Positions 29,125-40,185 of a DNA stretch of 64,000 nt are shown here, piece after piece. The DNA lies in contig CAVWVI010000003.1 in assembly GCA_963758495.1 (NCBI GenBank), positions 1,568,001 to 1,632,000 of the forward strand. The letters are read 5' to 3'. The stretch comes from Oligoflexia bacterium. Lineage in GTDB: Bacteria > Bdellovibrionota > UBA1018. Below the pieces are notes generated by a model. That model worked only from the letters and a program-made list of their open reading frames with translations. It was not told the origin of the DNA and did no database searches. Within the stretch, counting starts at the first letter, position 1, and each line of letters opens with the position of its first letter. Made by a program: the position numbers and the translations under genes.

Positions 29125-30354
29125 ATGTCCTTAATTCGTCCGTTTCGGGCTCTGCGACCAGTCAAAGAAAAAGTTTCTCTCGTGGCTGCGGTGCCGTACG
29201 ATGTGGTCAATCAAAAAGAAGCTTTACTGATTGCAAAAGATAATCCCTATAGCTTTTTACATGTTTCACGTCCTGATATTGATCTTCCTGCGACTACTGA
29301 TCCTTATTCATCAGAAGTTTACGAACGCGGAGCGAAAAACTTCAAGTGGCTCACACATGAGTGCCCGCTTTTGCGAGAAGAAGAGCCGTCTCTTTACGTA
29401 TATCAATTAACCATGGGGCAACATGAACAAACCGGTATTGCAGGATGCTTTTCGTTGGATGAATATGACTCAAATTTAATTAAAAAACACGAACTCACTC
29501 GGCAAGTCAAGGAAGAGGATCGAACCCGTCATATATTAAAGTTGTCGGCACAAACAGGTCCGGCATTTTTAGCTTACCGAAGAGTGGTAGAAATTGATCG
29601 CGAAGTAGATAAAATTAAGACCCATTCTCCTATTTATCATTTTACAACGTCTGACGGCATCACTCACACTCTCTGGAAAATTTCTGATCCCACAGTTTTT
29701 GTGAAGTTATTTGATGCACGAATCTCTGCTCTCTATATAGCGGACGGGCACCATCGAGCAGCTGCTGCAAGTCGAGTGAGAAAGACTCTTGCCACACAGA
29801 ACCCAAATCATTCAGGAAGTGAAGACTATAACTTTGTGTTCGCCGTTGCATTTCCGGATAATCAGTTAAACGTTCTTCCGTACCATCGAGTCATTAAAGA
29901 CCTAAAGGGAATGACCCCCTCTCAGTTCTTAGAAAAAGTTCAGAGTTTATTTGAAATCCAATCTGGAAGCGCATCCTTGCCCCAGTCGGGCGAATTTGGA
30001 ATGTATTTAGTGGGGAATTGGTATCGGATTCACTCAAATGTTCAAAAAATAAAGGGTCAAACAAAAGGACAATTGGATGTCAGTATCCTCCAAGAAGCAC
30101 TTCTCAAACCCATATTGGGAATTTTAGATCCAAGAACAGATCCGCGGATTGACTTTGTGGGTGGTATTCGAGGGACGTCGGAACTGGAGAAAATGATTAA
30201 CTCTGGGGAAGGCGCCGTAGCCTTTTCAGTTCATCCTACGAAAATACAAGATGTCATGGAAGTTTCCGATGCAGGTGGCATCATGCCTCCTAAGTCAACG
30301 TGGTTTGAACCCAAGCTTCGCGATGGAATTCTTTCTCATCTTTTAATGCGGTGA
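29125..30354 (+). CDS. DUF1015 family protein
   Basis: IRPFRALRP, PYDVV, IKKHELTR, YIADGHHR, MPPKSTWFEPKLRDG. Confidence 0.9.
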   Translation: MSLIRPFRALRPVKEKVSLVAAVPYDVVNQKEALLIAKDNPYSFLHVSRPDIDLPATTDPYSSEVYERGAKNFKWLTHECPLLREEEPSLYVYQLTMGQHEQTGIAGCFSLDEYDSNLIKKHELTRQVKEEDRTRHILKLSAQTGPAFLAYRRVVEIDREVDKIKTHSPIYHFTTSDGITHTLWKISDPTVFVKLFDARISALYIADGHHRAAAASRVRKTLATQNPNHSGSEDYNFVFAVAFPDNQLNVLPYHRVIKDLKGMTPSQFLEKVQSLFEIQSGSASLPQSGEFGMYLVGNWYRIHSNVQKIKGQTKGQLDVSILQEALLKPILGILDPRTDPRIDFVGGIRGTSELEKMINSGEGAVAFSVHPTKIQDVMEVSDAGGIMPPKSTWFEPKLRDGILSHLLMR

Positions 30355-30373
30355 AAGGCTGATAGGTGCGTTT

Positions 30374-30739
30374 ATGAAGCTGATTCGATACTTACTTGGA
30401 AACACTTTTCTTTTTCTAAATCGTCTATTCTCACCTCGAAGTATTCAAAGGCCCGATGAATACCAAGCTAAAGTGGATAGTCAAACTCAAAAAATGGCCT
30501 TGTACGAATTTGAAGCATGTCCTTTCTGTATTAAAGTTCGACGCGCAATAAAACAAATGAATTTAAAAATTGAAATACGAGATATTAAAAAAAGTATTCA
30601 ATTTGAAGAAGAGCTAATGAAAGGGGGAGGGATCTATCAGGTTCCCTGTCTTCGGATAGAAAATCCTGATGGATCAACCCAGTGGATGTACGAATCATCT
30701 GATATTATCCGATATTTACGAGAACGCTTTTCAGAGTAG
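30374..30739 (+). CDS. Glutaredoxin / GST-N-domain protein
   Basis: ACPFC, QVPCLRI, WMYESSDII. Confidence 0.88.
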   Translation: MKLIRYLLGNTFLFLNRLFSPRSIQRPDEYQAKVDSQTQKMALYEFEACPFCIKVRRAIKQMNLKIEIRDIKKSIQFEEELMKGGGIYQVPCLRIENPDGSTQWMYESSDIIRYLRERFSE

Positions 30740-30803
30740 GATCAGGTTTTCAGAGTATAATAAAATAATAGTTGTTTCGCTTAGGTATCTAGGGAGCTTA
30801 CAG

Positions 30804-31493
30804 ATGAAGTATATTGTTATTTCTTGTTTTCTAGCATTGAGTGGGTCTCCAAACTTTGTTTTTGCAAGTCATTCTATTTGTAATGAATCTTCCATCAAAG
30901 ATGACATTTGCGAAGCTGAGATTGTAGATCTCCATCCTACACAAATGTCTGTAGGTATGATTGAGGTTCGAGAGAAAGAGTCTCGGTTAGAGCATGCGGA
31001 CTTGGGTCATTATAAAAAAACTCATCCCATCCCTACGGTGATTGGCCCTAAGGGAATCCTTTACATTATTGATCATCATCATTTAGCACGCGCGTATTTA
31101 GATTTACGAGTGAGTAGCGGCTACTGTCAAATTTATGCAAACTATTCTAATCTGACTGACGGTGATTTTTGGAACCAAATGGAACAAAATCATTGGGTAT
31201 ATCCCTATGATCAAGATGGAAAAGGACCGTTTCCTATCTCTAGCCTCCCAGTGACAGTAAGCGCACTCCAAAATGATCCTTACCGAAGCCTGGCGGGAGC
31301 AGTAAGGGATCAGGGAGCATATGATAAAACGAATACCCCCTTTTCTGAATTTAAGTGGGCAGACTTTTTTAGAACTCACATTCAACTTACTTCTTCTGAA
31401 ACTTCTTTGACTGAAGCAGTGATTGACGAAGCTAAAAAACTAGCACTGAGTCCCTTAGCGAAGGATCTTCCTGGGTATAAGGGAGTTCGATAG
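30804..31493 (+). CDS. Secreted ParB-like protein (ParBc_2-type)
   Basis: Start MKYIVISCFLAL after GGGAG; LHPTQMSVG, YIIDHHHL, NDPYRSLAG, PFSEFKWA. Confidence 0.8.
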   Translation: MKYIVISCFLALSGSPNFVFASHSICNESSIKDDICEAEIVDLHPTQMSVGMIEVREKESRLEHADLGHYKKTHPIPTVIGPKGILYIIDHHHLARAYLDLRVSSGYCQIYANYSNLTDGDFWNQMEQNHWVYPYDQDGKGPFPISSLPVTVSALQNDPYRSLAGAVRDQGAYDKTNTPFSEFKWADFFRTHIQLTSSETSLTEAVIDEAKKLALSPLAKDLPGYKGVR

Positions 31494-31511
31494 GCGTGCC
31501 TTTCATGATCC

Positions 31512-31625
31512 ATGTCCTATAGCGTGAGTTGGGGGCTAAATGCAACGGCCACTAACTTACAAGGGGATCCTCATTATTTAACAGGGGTCGCATTTCTTTT
31601 TGGATTAAAGAAATATTTATTTTAA
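31512..31625 (+). pseudogene. 37-codon ORF resembling the C-terminal strands of an outer-membrane beta-barrel
   Basis: MSYSVSWGLNATATNLQGDPHYLTGVAFLFGLKKYLF; alternating pattern and terminal YxF; no signal peptide. Confidence 0.35.
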
Positions 31626-31737
31626 CACGGCAGTGCTTCACTTCTATTAAATTTTTATTTTCCTAAGAAGGTTAAAGCTGACACAGGGAGCGCAGACAGC
31701 TAGCTAACTCTTGAAAAAATCTTAGGTTTAATTTCAA

Positions 31738-31753
31738 GGGCATTGAAACTGCA
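31738..31753 (+). promoter_or_regulatory. Possible sigma54 promoter upstream of ppa
   Basis: GGGCATTGAAACTGCA, GG-N10-GC. Confidence 0.45.
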
Positions 31754-31850
31754 AAAGCTGTAATCTAGAAAATGATTCCTTTAAGTAAAAATTATTTAAT
31801 GGTAAAATAATTAATATTATCATTAGGTAGATTTCATTAAGGAGAAGTCA

Positions 31851-32399
31851 ATGCATCCATGGCACGATGTTGAATTAGGGGGAGATGCACCACAGTTAAT
31901 TCCAGTAGTAATTGAGGTGCCAAAAGGTTCTAAGACTAAATATGAACTTGATAAAAAAAGTGGTCTCATTCGAGTAGATCGAGTTCTTTTTAGTTCAGTC
32001 CATTACCCTGCAAATTACGGTTTTATTCCAAAAACTTACTGTAAAGATCATGATCCTTTAGATGTTCTCGTATTGGGCCAAGAGGCAGTAGTGCCCCTTT
32101 CAATTTTGGTTGCAAAGCCTATTGGCGTTATGAAAATGTTAGATCAAGGCGTTGAGGATGATAAAATCATTGCTGTTCATGCAAACGACCCTGAGTATAA
32201 TCATTACAATTCCATCCAAGATCTTCCGCCTCATCGAATGATCGAAATCAAACGATTTTTTGAAGATTATAAAATTTTAGAGCACAAGTCTGTAGTCATT
32301 GAGAAATTTTTAGGTCCAGCGGATGCGATATCTGTAATTCAAACCGCAATCGAATACTATAACCAGGAGCGAGCTCATCTGATTTATCGGTCGAAATAA
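31851..32399 (+). CDS. ppa: Inorganic pyrophosphatase (family I)
   Basis: KYELDK, YPANYGFIP, DHDPLDVL, DDKII; AAGGAG RBS. Confidence 0.96.
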   Translation: MHPWHDVELGGDAPQLIPVVIEVPKGSKTKYELDKKSGLIRVDRVLFSSVHYPANYGFIPKTYCKDHDPLDVLVLGQEAVVPLSILVAKPIGVMKMLDQGVEDDKIIAVHANDPEYNHYNSIQDLPPHRMIEIKRFFEDYKILEHKSVVIEKFLGPADAISVIQTAIEYYNQERAHLIYRSK

Positions 32400-32498
32400 G
32401 AATGCATGCTGAAAAATTGACGATAATCTTGAGAAATGGATCAAATACTCGACATAACCTTTGATTCTTGAACCAAAAAATAGCATATTAGTCTTCTT

Positions 32499-33230
32499 AT
32501 GATACAGCTAAAGAAAGCAGTCACCTCGGCGGTGGGACAGAAATTTCTGATGGCACTCTCAGGAATTGGACTTGTCCTATTTATTATAGTTCACCTTCTG
32601 GGCAATCTGACTCTTTATAAGAGCGATGGATCGACATTTAATGTTTATGCCAATACTTTAGATAGTTATGGTTTGTTATTAACCGTGGCTGAAGTCGGGC
32701 TACTGGCTGTTTTTCTTCTTCATATTGTTACTGCCATTTTAGTGACTCGGAGAAATAGGACCGCCCGCCCTATTGGTTATCGTACCTGGCGATCTAAGAG
32801 TAATCAAAGCAGTCAAAGTAATGAAGCCAATCCTAGTAATATCTCATCACGAAATATGATTATAAGTGGATTGATTATACTGGGTTTTTTGATTTTGCAT
32901 ATTTATCAATTTCGGTTTGGTCCAGGAATTGAGCAAGGTTATGTGACTCAGGTTCAAGGCCATCAGATGGTTGATCTCTATCGATTGGTACGAGAAGTCT
33001 TTTCAAATCCTCTTTATGTGGGGATTTATATTGTTTCCATGATCCTTTTGGGAACTCATTTGAGGCATGGATTCTGGAGTATGTTCCAGTCCTTAGGTAT
33101 GATGAAAGCAAGAGCGAGTCGTCAAGTTTATTGTATAAGCTTCTTGATCGCATTTGTTCTCAGTCTTGGATTTTTATTAATTCCTGTTTGGATGTATTTT
33201 GGTGTCGCGAGAGGCGGAGTACTACAATGA
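32499..33230 (+). CDS. sdhC: Succinate dehydrogenase/fumarate reductase cytochrome b subunit
   Basis: [28 protein letters not shown]; five TM. Confidence 0.92.
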   Translation: MIQLKKAVTSAVGQKFLMALSGIGLVLFIIVHLLGNLTLYKSDGSTFNVYANTLDSYGLLLTVAEVGLLAVFLLHIVTAILVTRRNRTARPIGYRTWRSKSNQSSQSNEANPSNISSRNMIISGLIILGFLILHIYQFRFGPGIEQGYVTQVQGHQMVDLYRLVREVFSNPLYVGIYIVSMILLGTHLRHGFWSMFQSLGMMKARASRQVYCISFLIAFVLSLGFLLIPVWMYFGVARGGVLQ

Positions 33231-35152
33231 AGTTAGATTCTAAGATTCCCAGTGGACCGCTGGAGTCAAAGTGGGAAAACCATAAAGATCATATCAAGCT
33301 CGTTAATCCTGCAAATAAACGCAAACACACGATCTTAGTCGTCGGGTCTGGTCTTGCAGGCGCATCGGCAGCAGCCTCACTTGCTGAGCTAGGTTACAAT
33401 GTAAAGTGTTTTTGTATTCAAGACTCTCCCCGAAGAGCGCACAGTATTGCTGCCCAGGGGGGAATTAATGCCGCGAAAAACTATGCTAATGATGGAGATA
33501 GTATTTTTCGTCTCTTCTACGATACCGTAAAAGGCGGAGACTTCCGTTCCCGAGAGGCAAACGTATATCGTTTGGCACAACTCAGTGTTAATATTATCGA
33601 CCAATGTGCAGCCCAAGGTGTTCCTTTTGCTCGAGAATACAGTGGGGAGCTCTCTAATCGCTCTTTTGGCGGCGCTCAAGTTTCTAGAACTTTTTATGCT
33701 CGTGGGCAGACCGGCCAGCAACTTCTGTTAGGTGCTTATGGCGCTCTCATGAGGCAAGTCGATGCCGGTAAAGTGGAAATGTTGTCTCGTCGTGAAATGC
33801 TTGATTTAGTCCTTGTGGGCGGTAAAGCCCGAGGACTCATTATGCGTAATCTGGTGAACGGTAAACTTGAGCGTTATGCGGGAGATGCTGTTATTTTGGC
33901 GACCGGTGGTTATGGTCGAATTTATTACTTATCCACCAATGCTATGAATTCAAATGCAACGGCTGTCTGGCGGGCTCATAAACGAGGTGCTCTTTTTGCG
34001 AATCCTTGTTTTACGCAAATTCATCCAACTTGCATTCCAGTTTCAGGTGATCATCAATCCAAGTTGACACTCATGAGTGAAAGCCTCAGAAACGATGGTA
34101 GAGTTTGGGTTCCTTTGAAAAAGGAAGACGTTAAGAAATCTCCTGATCAAATACCGGATTCTGATCGTGATTATTATCTCGAACGGAAATATCCGAGCTT
34201 TGGCAATTTAGTGCCAAGGGATGTGGCTTCAAGAAATGCAAAAGAAGTCTGTGATGAAGGTCGAGGAGTGGGTGAAAGCGGATTATCCGTATACCTTGAT
34301 TTTCGAGATGCTATCAAGAGAGATGGAAAAAAACTCATTCAAGATAAGTATGGGAATCTTTTTGATATGTACCAAAGCATTACTGCGGAGAACCCCTACG
34401 AAGTGCCGATGAGGATTTATCCTGCAATTCATTACACTATGGGTGGTCTCTGGGTAGATTACAATTTAATGTCTACAATTCCTGGACTTCATGTATTAGG
34501 TGAAGCGAATTTTTCTGATCACGGTGCCAATCGTCTTGGAGCTAGTGCGCTGATGCAGGGCTTGGCGGATGGATATTTTGTCATTCCTTATACGATTGGA
34601 GATTATATAGCGTCAAATGATCTTCCAAAAGTGACAACGAACGCACCTGAATTCGTTGCGATTGAGTTGGAAGTAAAACAGCAAATTCAAACTCTATTGA
34701 AAGCTGGAAATCAAAAGGCTAAAAAAACTGTCAATGAATTCTATCGTGAGTTGGGTCTACTGATGTGGAATGATGTTGGCATGGCTCGTTCAGAACAGGG
34801 TTTACGAAGTGTGATTCAAAAAATCACTCGCCTCCGTGAAGAATTCTGGCAAGGTGTAAATATTTCAGGAAGCGCGGATACCCTGAATAAAAATCTTGAA
34901 GTTGCGGGAAGAGTCGCTGATTTTCTTGAATTGGGAGAATTGATGGCAAGAGATGCTCTTTATCGAACTGAATCTTGTGGTGGACATTTCCGAGTGGAAA
35001 GCCAAACTCCTGAAGGCGAAGCCAATCGAGACGATTCTCAGTTTTCGCATGTTGCGGCTTGGGAGTATAAAGGTGTCGGGAAAGAACCGGTTCTACATAA
35101 AGAACCTCTAGAGTTTGAAAATGTACACCTCGCACAGCGGAGCTACAAGTAG
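33227..35152 (+). CDS. sdhA: Succinate dehydrogenase flavoprotein subunit
   Basis: [39 protein letters not shown] coupling to sdhC. Confidence 0.96.
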   Translation: MKLDSKIPSGPLESKWENHKDHIKLVNPANKRKHTILVVGSGLAGASAAASLAELGYNVKCFCIQDSPRRAHSIAAQGGINAAKNYANDGDSIFRLFYDTVKGGDFRSREANVYRLAQLSVNIIDQCAAQGVPFAREYSGELSNRSFGGAQVSRTFYARGQTGQQLLLGAYGALMRQVDAGKVEMLSRREMLDLVLVGGKARGLIMRNLVNGKLERYAGDAVILATGGYGRIYYLSTNAMNSNATAVWRAHKRGALFANPCFTQIHPTCIPVSGDHQSKLTLMSESLRNDGRVWVPLKKEDVKKSPDQIPDSDRDYYLERKYPSFGNLVPRDVASRNAKEVCDEGRGVGESGLSVYLDFRDAIKRDGKKLIQDKYGNLFDMYQSITAENPYEVPMRIYPAIHYTMGGLWVDYNLMSTIPGLHVLGEANFSDHGANRLGASALMQGLADGYFVIPYTIGDYIASNDLPKVTTNAPEFVAIELEVKQQIQTLLKAGNQKAKKTVNEFYRELGLLMWNDVGMARSEQGLRSVIQKITRLREEFWQGVNISGSADTLNKNLEVAGRVADFLELGELMARDALYRTESCGGHFRVESQTPEGEANRDDSQFSHVAAWEYKGVGKEPVLHKEPLEFENVHLAQRSYK

Positions 35153-35162
35153 AGGAGTTTTT

Positions 35163-35924
35163 ATGGCCAACACACAGAACATGACGTTAAATCTTGAAAT
35201 TTGGCGACAAAAAGATCGTGATCAAGCAGGATCTTTTGCCTCTTACGCCATCGCGGGAGTATCGCCCGATATGTCGTTTCTTGAGATGCTCGACTATCTC
35301 AATGAAGATTTGCTTAAGAAAGGGATTGAGCCCGTTGAGTTCGATAGTGATTGTCGTGAAGGGATCTGTGGTAGCTGCGGCTGTATGATTAATGGCCAAG
35401 CACATGGCCCAAAAGTAGGAATGGCAACATGTCAGCTTCATATGCGATCCTTTTCCGACGGACAAACCATTGTGATCGAGCCTTGGAGAGCTAAAGCATT
35501 TCCTGTGATCAAGGATTTGGTTGTGGATCGAGGAGCGCTCGATCGAATTATCGCAACGGGGGGATACGTTTCCGTTAAAGCCGGCCCTCATGTTGATGCT
35601 AACGCTATTTTAATTCCGAAGCCGATTGCTGATCAGGCCATGGATTCAGCAGCTTGTATTGGCTGTGGCGCCTGTGTAGCAGCTTGCCCGAACGCTTCAG
35701 TGTCTCTCTTTACGGCTGCAAAGATTAATCAAATGGCTCTGATGCCACAAGGACATCCAGAAAGAAAACAACGAGTGCAGCGCATGGTTGATCAAATGGA
35801 TCTTGAAGGGTTTGGAAACTGTACTAATATTGGCGAATGTCGTGCGGCTTGTCCTAAAGAGATTTCTATCGATACTATTGCGAGAATGAAAGAAGAATAT
35901 CGCCAGGCAGTCATTGGCAAATAG
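35163..35924 (+). CDS. sdhB: Succinate dehydrogenase iron-sulfur subunit
   Basis: [42 protein letters not shown]. Confidence 0.96.
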   Translation: MANTQNMTLNLEIWRQKDRDQAGSFASYAIAGVSPDMSFLEMLDYLNEDLLKKGIEPVEFDSDCREGICGSCGCMINGQAHGPKVGMATCQLHMRSFSDGQTIVIEPWRAKAFPVIKDLVVDRGALDRIIATGGYVSVKAGPHVDANAILIPKPIADQAMDSAACIGCGACVAACPNASVSLFTAAKINQMALMPQGHPERKQRVQRMVDQMDLEGFGNCTNIGECRAACPKEISIDTIARMKEEYRQAVIGK

Positions 35925-35927
35925 ACC

Positions 35928-38090
35928 GTGAATTGGCCATTATTTCAACGTTTACCTAAAAAAGAACAACTCACGAGCGACGTAGTTCTTGATCATTTTC
36001 TCGACTTTGTTAAAGAAAACCGCCTCGAATTGTATTCAGCACAAGAAGAGGCCATTCTTGAATTGTTCGCAGGAAAAAATGTAATTTTAAATACGCCAAC
36101 AGGGTCAGGTAAATCTCTTGTTGCGACAGCATTACATTTTTACTCGCTTGCCTTTGGAAAACGGTCGATTTACACCTGTCCTATTAAGGCGCTAGTCAAT
36201 GAAAAGTTCCTGGCACTTTGCCGTGATTTTGGTCCTGAACAAGTCGGAATGATAACAGGTGATGCATCTGTTAATCCTGGTGCTCATATTCTCTGTTGTA
36301 CCGCTGAAATTCTCTCAAATGATGCGCTTCGTTTAGGGCAACAAGCTGAGATCAGTGACATTATCATGGATGAATTCCACTATTATTCGGATCGTGACCG
36401 AGGAGTCGCGTGGCAAATTCCGCTTCTCACACTTCCACAATCCCGCTTTCTATTGATGTCAGCCACCTTAGGAGACACTGGCAACTTTGAAAAGGGTCTG
36501 ACCCAGCTCAATAATCGTGAAACGGTTGTGGTACGATCATCGGAGAGACCTGTTCCATTAATTTATGAATACGTTGAAACGCCCCTTCATGAAACAGTTG
36601 CAAAACTTATTTCACAAGATCGTGCACCTATCTATCTTGTGAATTTCACTCAAAGGGACTGTGCAGAAGAAGCTCAGAATTTCTTAAGTACGGACTTTTG
36701 CACTAAAGAAGAAAAGAAAAAAATTGCATTAGCATTAGAAGGTACAAAATTTTCAAGTCCATACGGCAAAGAAATTCAAAAGCTAATTAAACATGGCATA
36801 GGAATTCACCACGCAGGATTACTTCCAAAATATCGAATACTCATTGAACGATTGGCTCAAAAAGGGCTCTTAAAAATTATCTCTGGAACAGATACTTTAG
36901 GTGTGGGTGTGAATGTTCCGATTCGTACCGTGCTTTTCAGTAAGCTCTGTAAATTTGACGGTGAAAAAACTCAGATTCTTAGTGTTCGAGATTTTCAACA
37001 AATTAGTGGAAGAGCGGGTAGGCGGGGGTTCGATCATCAGGGTTCTGTCATTGTCCAAGCTCCTGAACATATTATTGAAAATTTACGAATGGAGCAAAAA
37101 GCAGCAGGGGATTCAAAAAAATTACGTAAAATAGTAAAACGAAAACCTCCTGAAAAAGGATATGTGCCCTGGAATAAGGAAACCTTTACGCGGCTTACCA
37201 CTGGACAGCCAGAGGCTTTGATCTCTCGCTTCAAAGTTTCACATGCGATGCTCCTGAATGTTTTGAGCCGACAAAATGAAAATGGGGGACGTGCGATGCA
37301 AAAGATGATTCGTAAATCCCATGAATCACCTTCTGCTAAGCGTCAGCATAGAAAAACCGCATTTCAGCTATTTAGGTCACTCGTTGAACGTAAGATCATC
37401 GAACTCTCCCCTCTGAGAATCAATATTGATCTCCAAGAGGATTTTTCGCTTAATCATACCTTGTCTCTTTATTTGTTGGATACAATTAAACTTTTAGATC
37501 CTCTTCATCCAAATTATGCATTGGACCTTTTAACGTTGGTTGAATCTATATTAGAAAACCCCGATCTCATTTTAAGAAAGCAATTAGATCGTATTAAAAC
37601 TGAAAAAATGGATGAGATGAAGATGGATGGTGTCGAATATGACGACCGGATTGCTGAGCTTGAAAAATTAGAATATCCAAAGCCCAATCGTGAGTTTATA
37701 TACGGTACATTTAATGAATTCGCATCTTCTCACCCGTGGGTGGGCCAAGAAAATATTCGCCCGAAATCCATTGTTCGGGAAATGTACGAAACTTTTCAAT
37801 CCTTTTCGGAATATATTCGAGATTACAATCTGCAGCGTGCTGAGGGATTGCTTCTCAGATACCTCTCTGACGTTTACAAAACGCTGATTCAAACTGTTCC
37901 AGAAAATTCAAAAAATGATGAAATAGATGCAATCATTGTGTATCTCGGATCTATGATTAGACAAATTGACTCAAGCCTACTCGATGAGTGGGAACGATTG
38001 AGAGATCCTAAGTGGGTCAGTCGCGAAATCGATGACACAAGCTCAAATGGGGATGAAAAATCAAAGAATTCGTCCAAAGGATTTTCCTGA
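35928..38090 (+). CDS. Ski2-like DEAD/DEAH RNA helicase with DUF3516 domain, N-terminal part
   Basis: [49 protein letters not shown]; stops before the family C-terminus. Confidence 0.9.
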   Translation: MNWPLFQRLPKKEQLTSDVVLDHFLDFVKENRLELYSAQEEAILELFAGKNVILNTPTGSGKSLVATALHFYSLAFGKRSIYTCPIKALVNEKFLALCRDFGPEQVGMITGDASVNPGAHILCCTAEILSNDALRLGQQAEISDIIMDEFHYYSDRDRGVAWQIPLLTLPQSRFLLMSATLGDTGNFEKGLTQLNNRETVVVRSSERPVPLIYEYVETPLHETVAKLISQDRAPIYLVNFTQRDCAEEAQNFLSTDFCTKEEKKKIALALEGTKFSSPYGKEIQKLIKHGIGIHHAGLLPKYRILIERLAQKGLLKIISGTDTLGVGVNVPIRTVLFSKLCKFDGEKTQILSVRDFQQISGRAGRRGFDHQGSVIVQAPEHIIENLRMEQKAAGDSKKLRKIVKRKPPEKGYVPWNKETFTRLTTGQPEALISRFKVSHAMLLNVLSRQNENGGRAMQKMIRKSHESPSAKRQHRKTAFQLFRSLVERKIIELSPLRINIDLQEDFSLNHTLSLYLLDTIKLLDPLHPNYALDLLTLVESILENPDLILRKQLDRIKTEKMDEMKMDGVEYDDRIAELEKLEYPKPNREFIYGTFNEFASSHPWVGQENIRPKSIVREMYETFQSFSEYIRDYNLQRAEGLLLRYLSDVYKTLIQTVPENSKNDEIDAIIVYLGSMIRQIDSSLLDEWERLRDPKWVSREIDDTSSNGDEKSKNSSKGFS

Positions 38091-38544
38091 TGTTACGCGG
38101 AATCGAAAGGCATTTACAATTCTAGTGCGAAATGAAATCTTTCGTTTTGTTAAATCTTTAGCAGCGAAGGATTATGAAGCCGTACTTGCTATTTTAGAAG
38201 GCGTACCAGAATCAGTGCCAGAATCTGGCCCAGATTCTGAATCAAATTCTGAACCAAATTCTGAAATAGAAGAGCCACAGTGGACGCTTGATAGGCTTGC
38301 AGACTGCATGCAAGATTATTATGATTCAGAGCACTTAAAGATGCGTACTGATACTGAGGCCCGGAGCGCAAAATTTACCTTGATCGAGTATCGTGAACAA
38401 GAGCAGCAATGGGAAATACAGCAAATCCTTGTAGACCCTGATGGTCACAATGATTGGGCAATTGATTTTTCATTAAATATTGAACATTCACGGCATATCT
38501 CAAAACCTGCTTTGAAATTAGTAAAAATTGGACCGCTTGGGTAG
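38032..38544 (+). CDS. C-terminal part of the same helicase in the +1 frame
   Basis: [19 protein letters not shown]...[13 protein letters not shown] matches the DUF3516 helicase tail; no RBS before the ATG. Confidence 0.8.
   Translation: MTQAQMGMKNQRIRPKDFPDVTRNRKAFTILVRNEIFRFVKSLAAKDYEAVLAILEGVPESVPESGPDSESNSEPNSEIEEPQWTLDRLADCMQDYYDSEHLKMRTDTEARSAKFTLIEYREQEQQWEIQQILVDPDGHNDWAIDFSLNIEHSRHISKPALKLVKIGPLG
38203..38262 (+). repeat. Five imperfect 12-bp tandem repeats ([20 protein letters not shown])
   Basis: gtaccagaatca gtgccagaatct ggcccagattct gaatcaaattct gaaccaaattct. Confidence 0.75.
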
Positions 38545-38560
38545 TCAATTAAACTAGAGT

Positions 38561-38576
38561 TGGACTTGGAATTGCA
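38561..38576 (+). promoter_or_regulatory. sigma54 promoter candidate
   Basis: TGGACTTGGAATTGCA, GG-N10-GC, 14 nt before ATG 38591. Confidence 0.55.
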
Positions 38577-38590
38577 AAAAAATATCTTCT

Positions 38591-38821
38591 ATGAATTCGC
38601 TAGCCCATGATTCTATCAAAGAAGCTGAACTTGAAGTACAAGAACGAAACGAACATATGGAGGAGGTGTTGGATCAGCTTCAAGAAAAAATAGATAAAAG
38701 CATTCTTCGATTTTCAAAACTAAAACAAGCGGCAAAAAATCTTCCTGTCCTGGTAGGAATGGTTATTGTTGTTGGCATTTTTTTTGGTCAACTGATCAAA
38801 ATGTCTTTTAATAGTAAGTAG
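38591..38821 (+). CDS. Small coiled-coil protein with C-terminal TM anchor
   Basis: Acidic helix followed by LPVLVGMVIVVGIFFG. Confidence 0.6.
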   Translation: MNSLAHDSIKEAELEVQERNEHMEEVLDQLQEKIDKSILRFSKLKQAAKNLPVLVGMVIVVGIFFGQLIKMSFNSK

Positions 38822-38920
38822 TTCCTTTAGGGGTAAAAATTTGGATTCCCCGTGCAACAGGCCTCCTTACAGTCCTTACTATTGACTTAGCGAGAGCTTC
38901 TGCATTAATAAATAAAATCT

Positions 38921-40171
38921 ATGATAAATCCAAAAGTCCTCATGATTGGCTATGTTTGGCCTGAGCCACAATCCTCAGCTGCGGGACTCCGGGATTGGAA
39001 CCTTATTGAAACCCTTCTTCAAGCTCAATGGAATGTAAGCTATATTTCACCCTCAGCGCAAAATGCGTACTCTCAAAGACTGCAAGATTTGGGTATTCAT
39101 ACTTCTAGCTTTCTTCCAAATGATCCTCGATTTGATCAATTTATTCAGGAGTTACAGCCTGATTACGTCATCTTTGATCGATTTGTCATAGAAGAGCAAT
39201 TTGGATGGCGTGTTAAAGAGCACTGTCCACAAGCTATTCGAGTATTAGATACTCAAGATTTGCATTTTCTTCGAAGAAATCGTGAAAAAGCGCTGAAAGC
39301 TGGAAAAGCCGTTTCTGAAATTGCCCAATGCCAATTTGACCTTATTTCTGATGATACTTTACGTGAGCTAGGATCGATCTATCGAAGTGATTGCTCACTC
39401 CTTGTATCTAGCTTCGAAAAACAATTACTCATGGAACGGTTTAGTATCCCTCATGAATTGCTGTTTTTGCACCGGTTTCATTACGACAACCCTCCTTCTG
39501 TTCCAAGTTTTCATGAACGGGAGGACTTTATGATGATAGGAAATTTCAGGCATCCACCCAATGCAGATGGAATTTTATGGATACGTTCTGAAATTTGGCC
39601 CTTGATCCGTCAGCAGTTACCGACTGCGAAGCTTTATATTTATGGCGCTTACCCGCCCAGGGAGATGATGAATCTATCTGATAAAAAAATAGGATTTAAC
39701 GTGATGGGACCTGTCTCTGATCAATTTGAAACATTAAAACGGCATAGAGTCAACTTAGCTCCCCTTCGGTTTGGTGCTGGAATCAAAGGTAAAATTAGTG
39801 ATGGTTGGTGGTCTGGTACGCCGGTGATTACTACGTCAATTGGATCTGAAGGAATGGCGGAATCCTTACCTTGGGGAGGTGAAGTTGAAGACCAAGCTAT
39901 GATCTTTGCTCAAAAAGCAGTGGATCTTTATTCTCATGAAGCATCTTGGGTAAAAGCGCAAGAGAATGGATTTAGAATCATTCAAAAACTTTACAATAAG
40001 GCTAACCTTTCCCAGGAGTTCATGAATTTGCTTGCACACCTCAAGGAAAATAGGACTGCCTTAAGAAATGCGAATGTAGTTGGATCTATATTGGGTCACC
40101 ATTTATATAAAAGTACTAAGTACTTTTCAAAATGGATTGAAGAAAAGAATAAAAGGCCGCAAGGGCCATAA
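38921..40171 (+). CDS. Glycosyltransferase (GT-B fold, GT4-like)
   Basis: IGYVWPEP.SSAAG, IGNFRHPPNADG, APLRFGAGIKGKI. Confidence 0.88.
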   Translation: MINPKVLMIGYVWPEPQSSAAGLRDWNLIETLLQAQWNVSYISPSAQNAYSQRLQDLGIHTSSFLPNDPRFDQFIQELQPDYVIFDRFVIEEQFGWRVKEHCPQAIRVLDTQDLHFLRRNREKALKAGKAVSEIAQCQFDLISDDTLRELGSIYRSDCSLLVSSFEKQLLMERFSIPHELLFLHRFHYDNPPSVPSFHEREDFMMIGNFRHPPNADGILWIRSEIWPLIRQQLPTAKLYIYGAYPPREMMNLSDKKIGFNVMGPVSDQFETLKRHRVNLAPLRFGAGIKGKISDGWWSGTPVITTSIGSEGMAESLPWGGEVEDQAMIFAQKAVDLYSHEASWVKAQENGFRIIQKLYNKANLSQEFMNLLAHLKENRTALRNANVVGSILGHHLYKSTKYFSKWIEEKNKRPQGP

Positions 40172-40185
40172 TGATACGTAGATGA

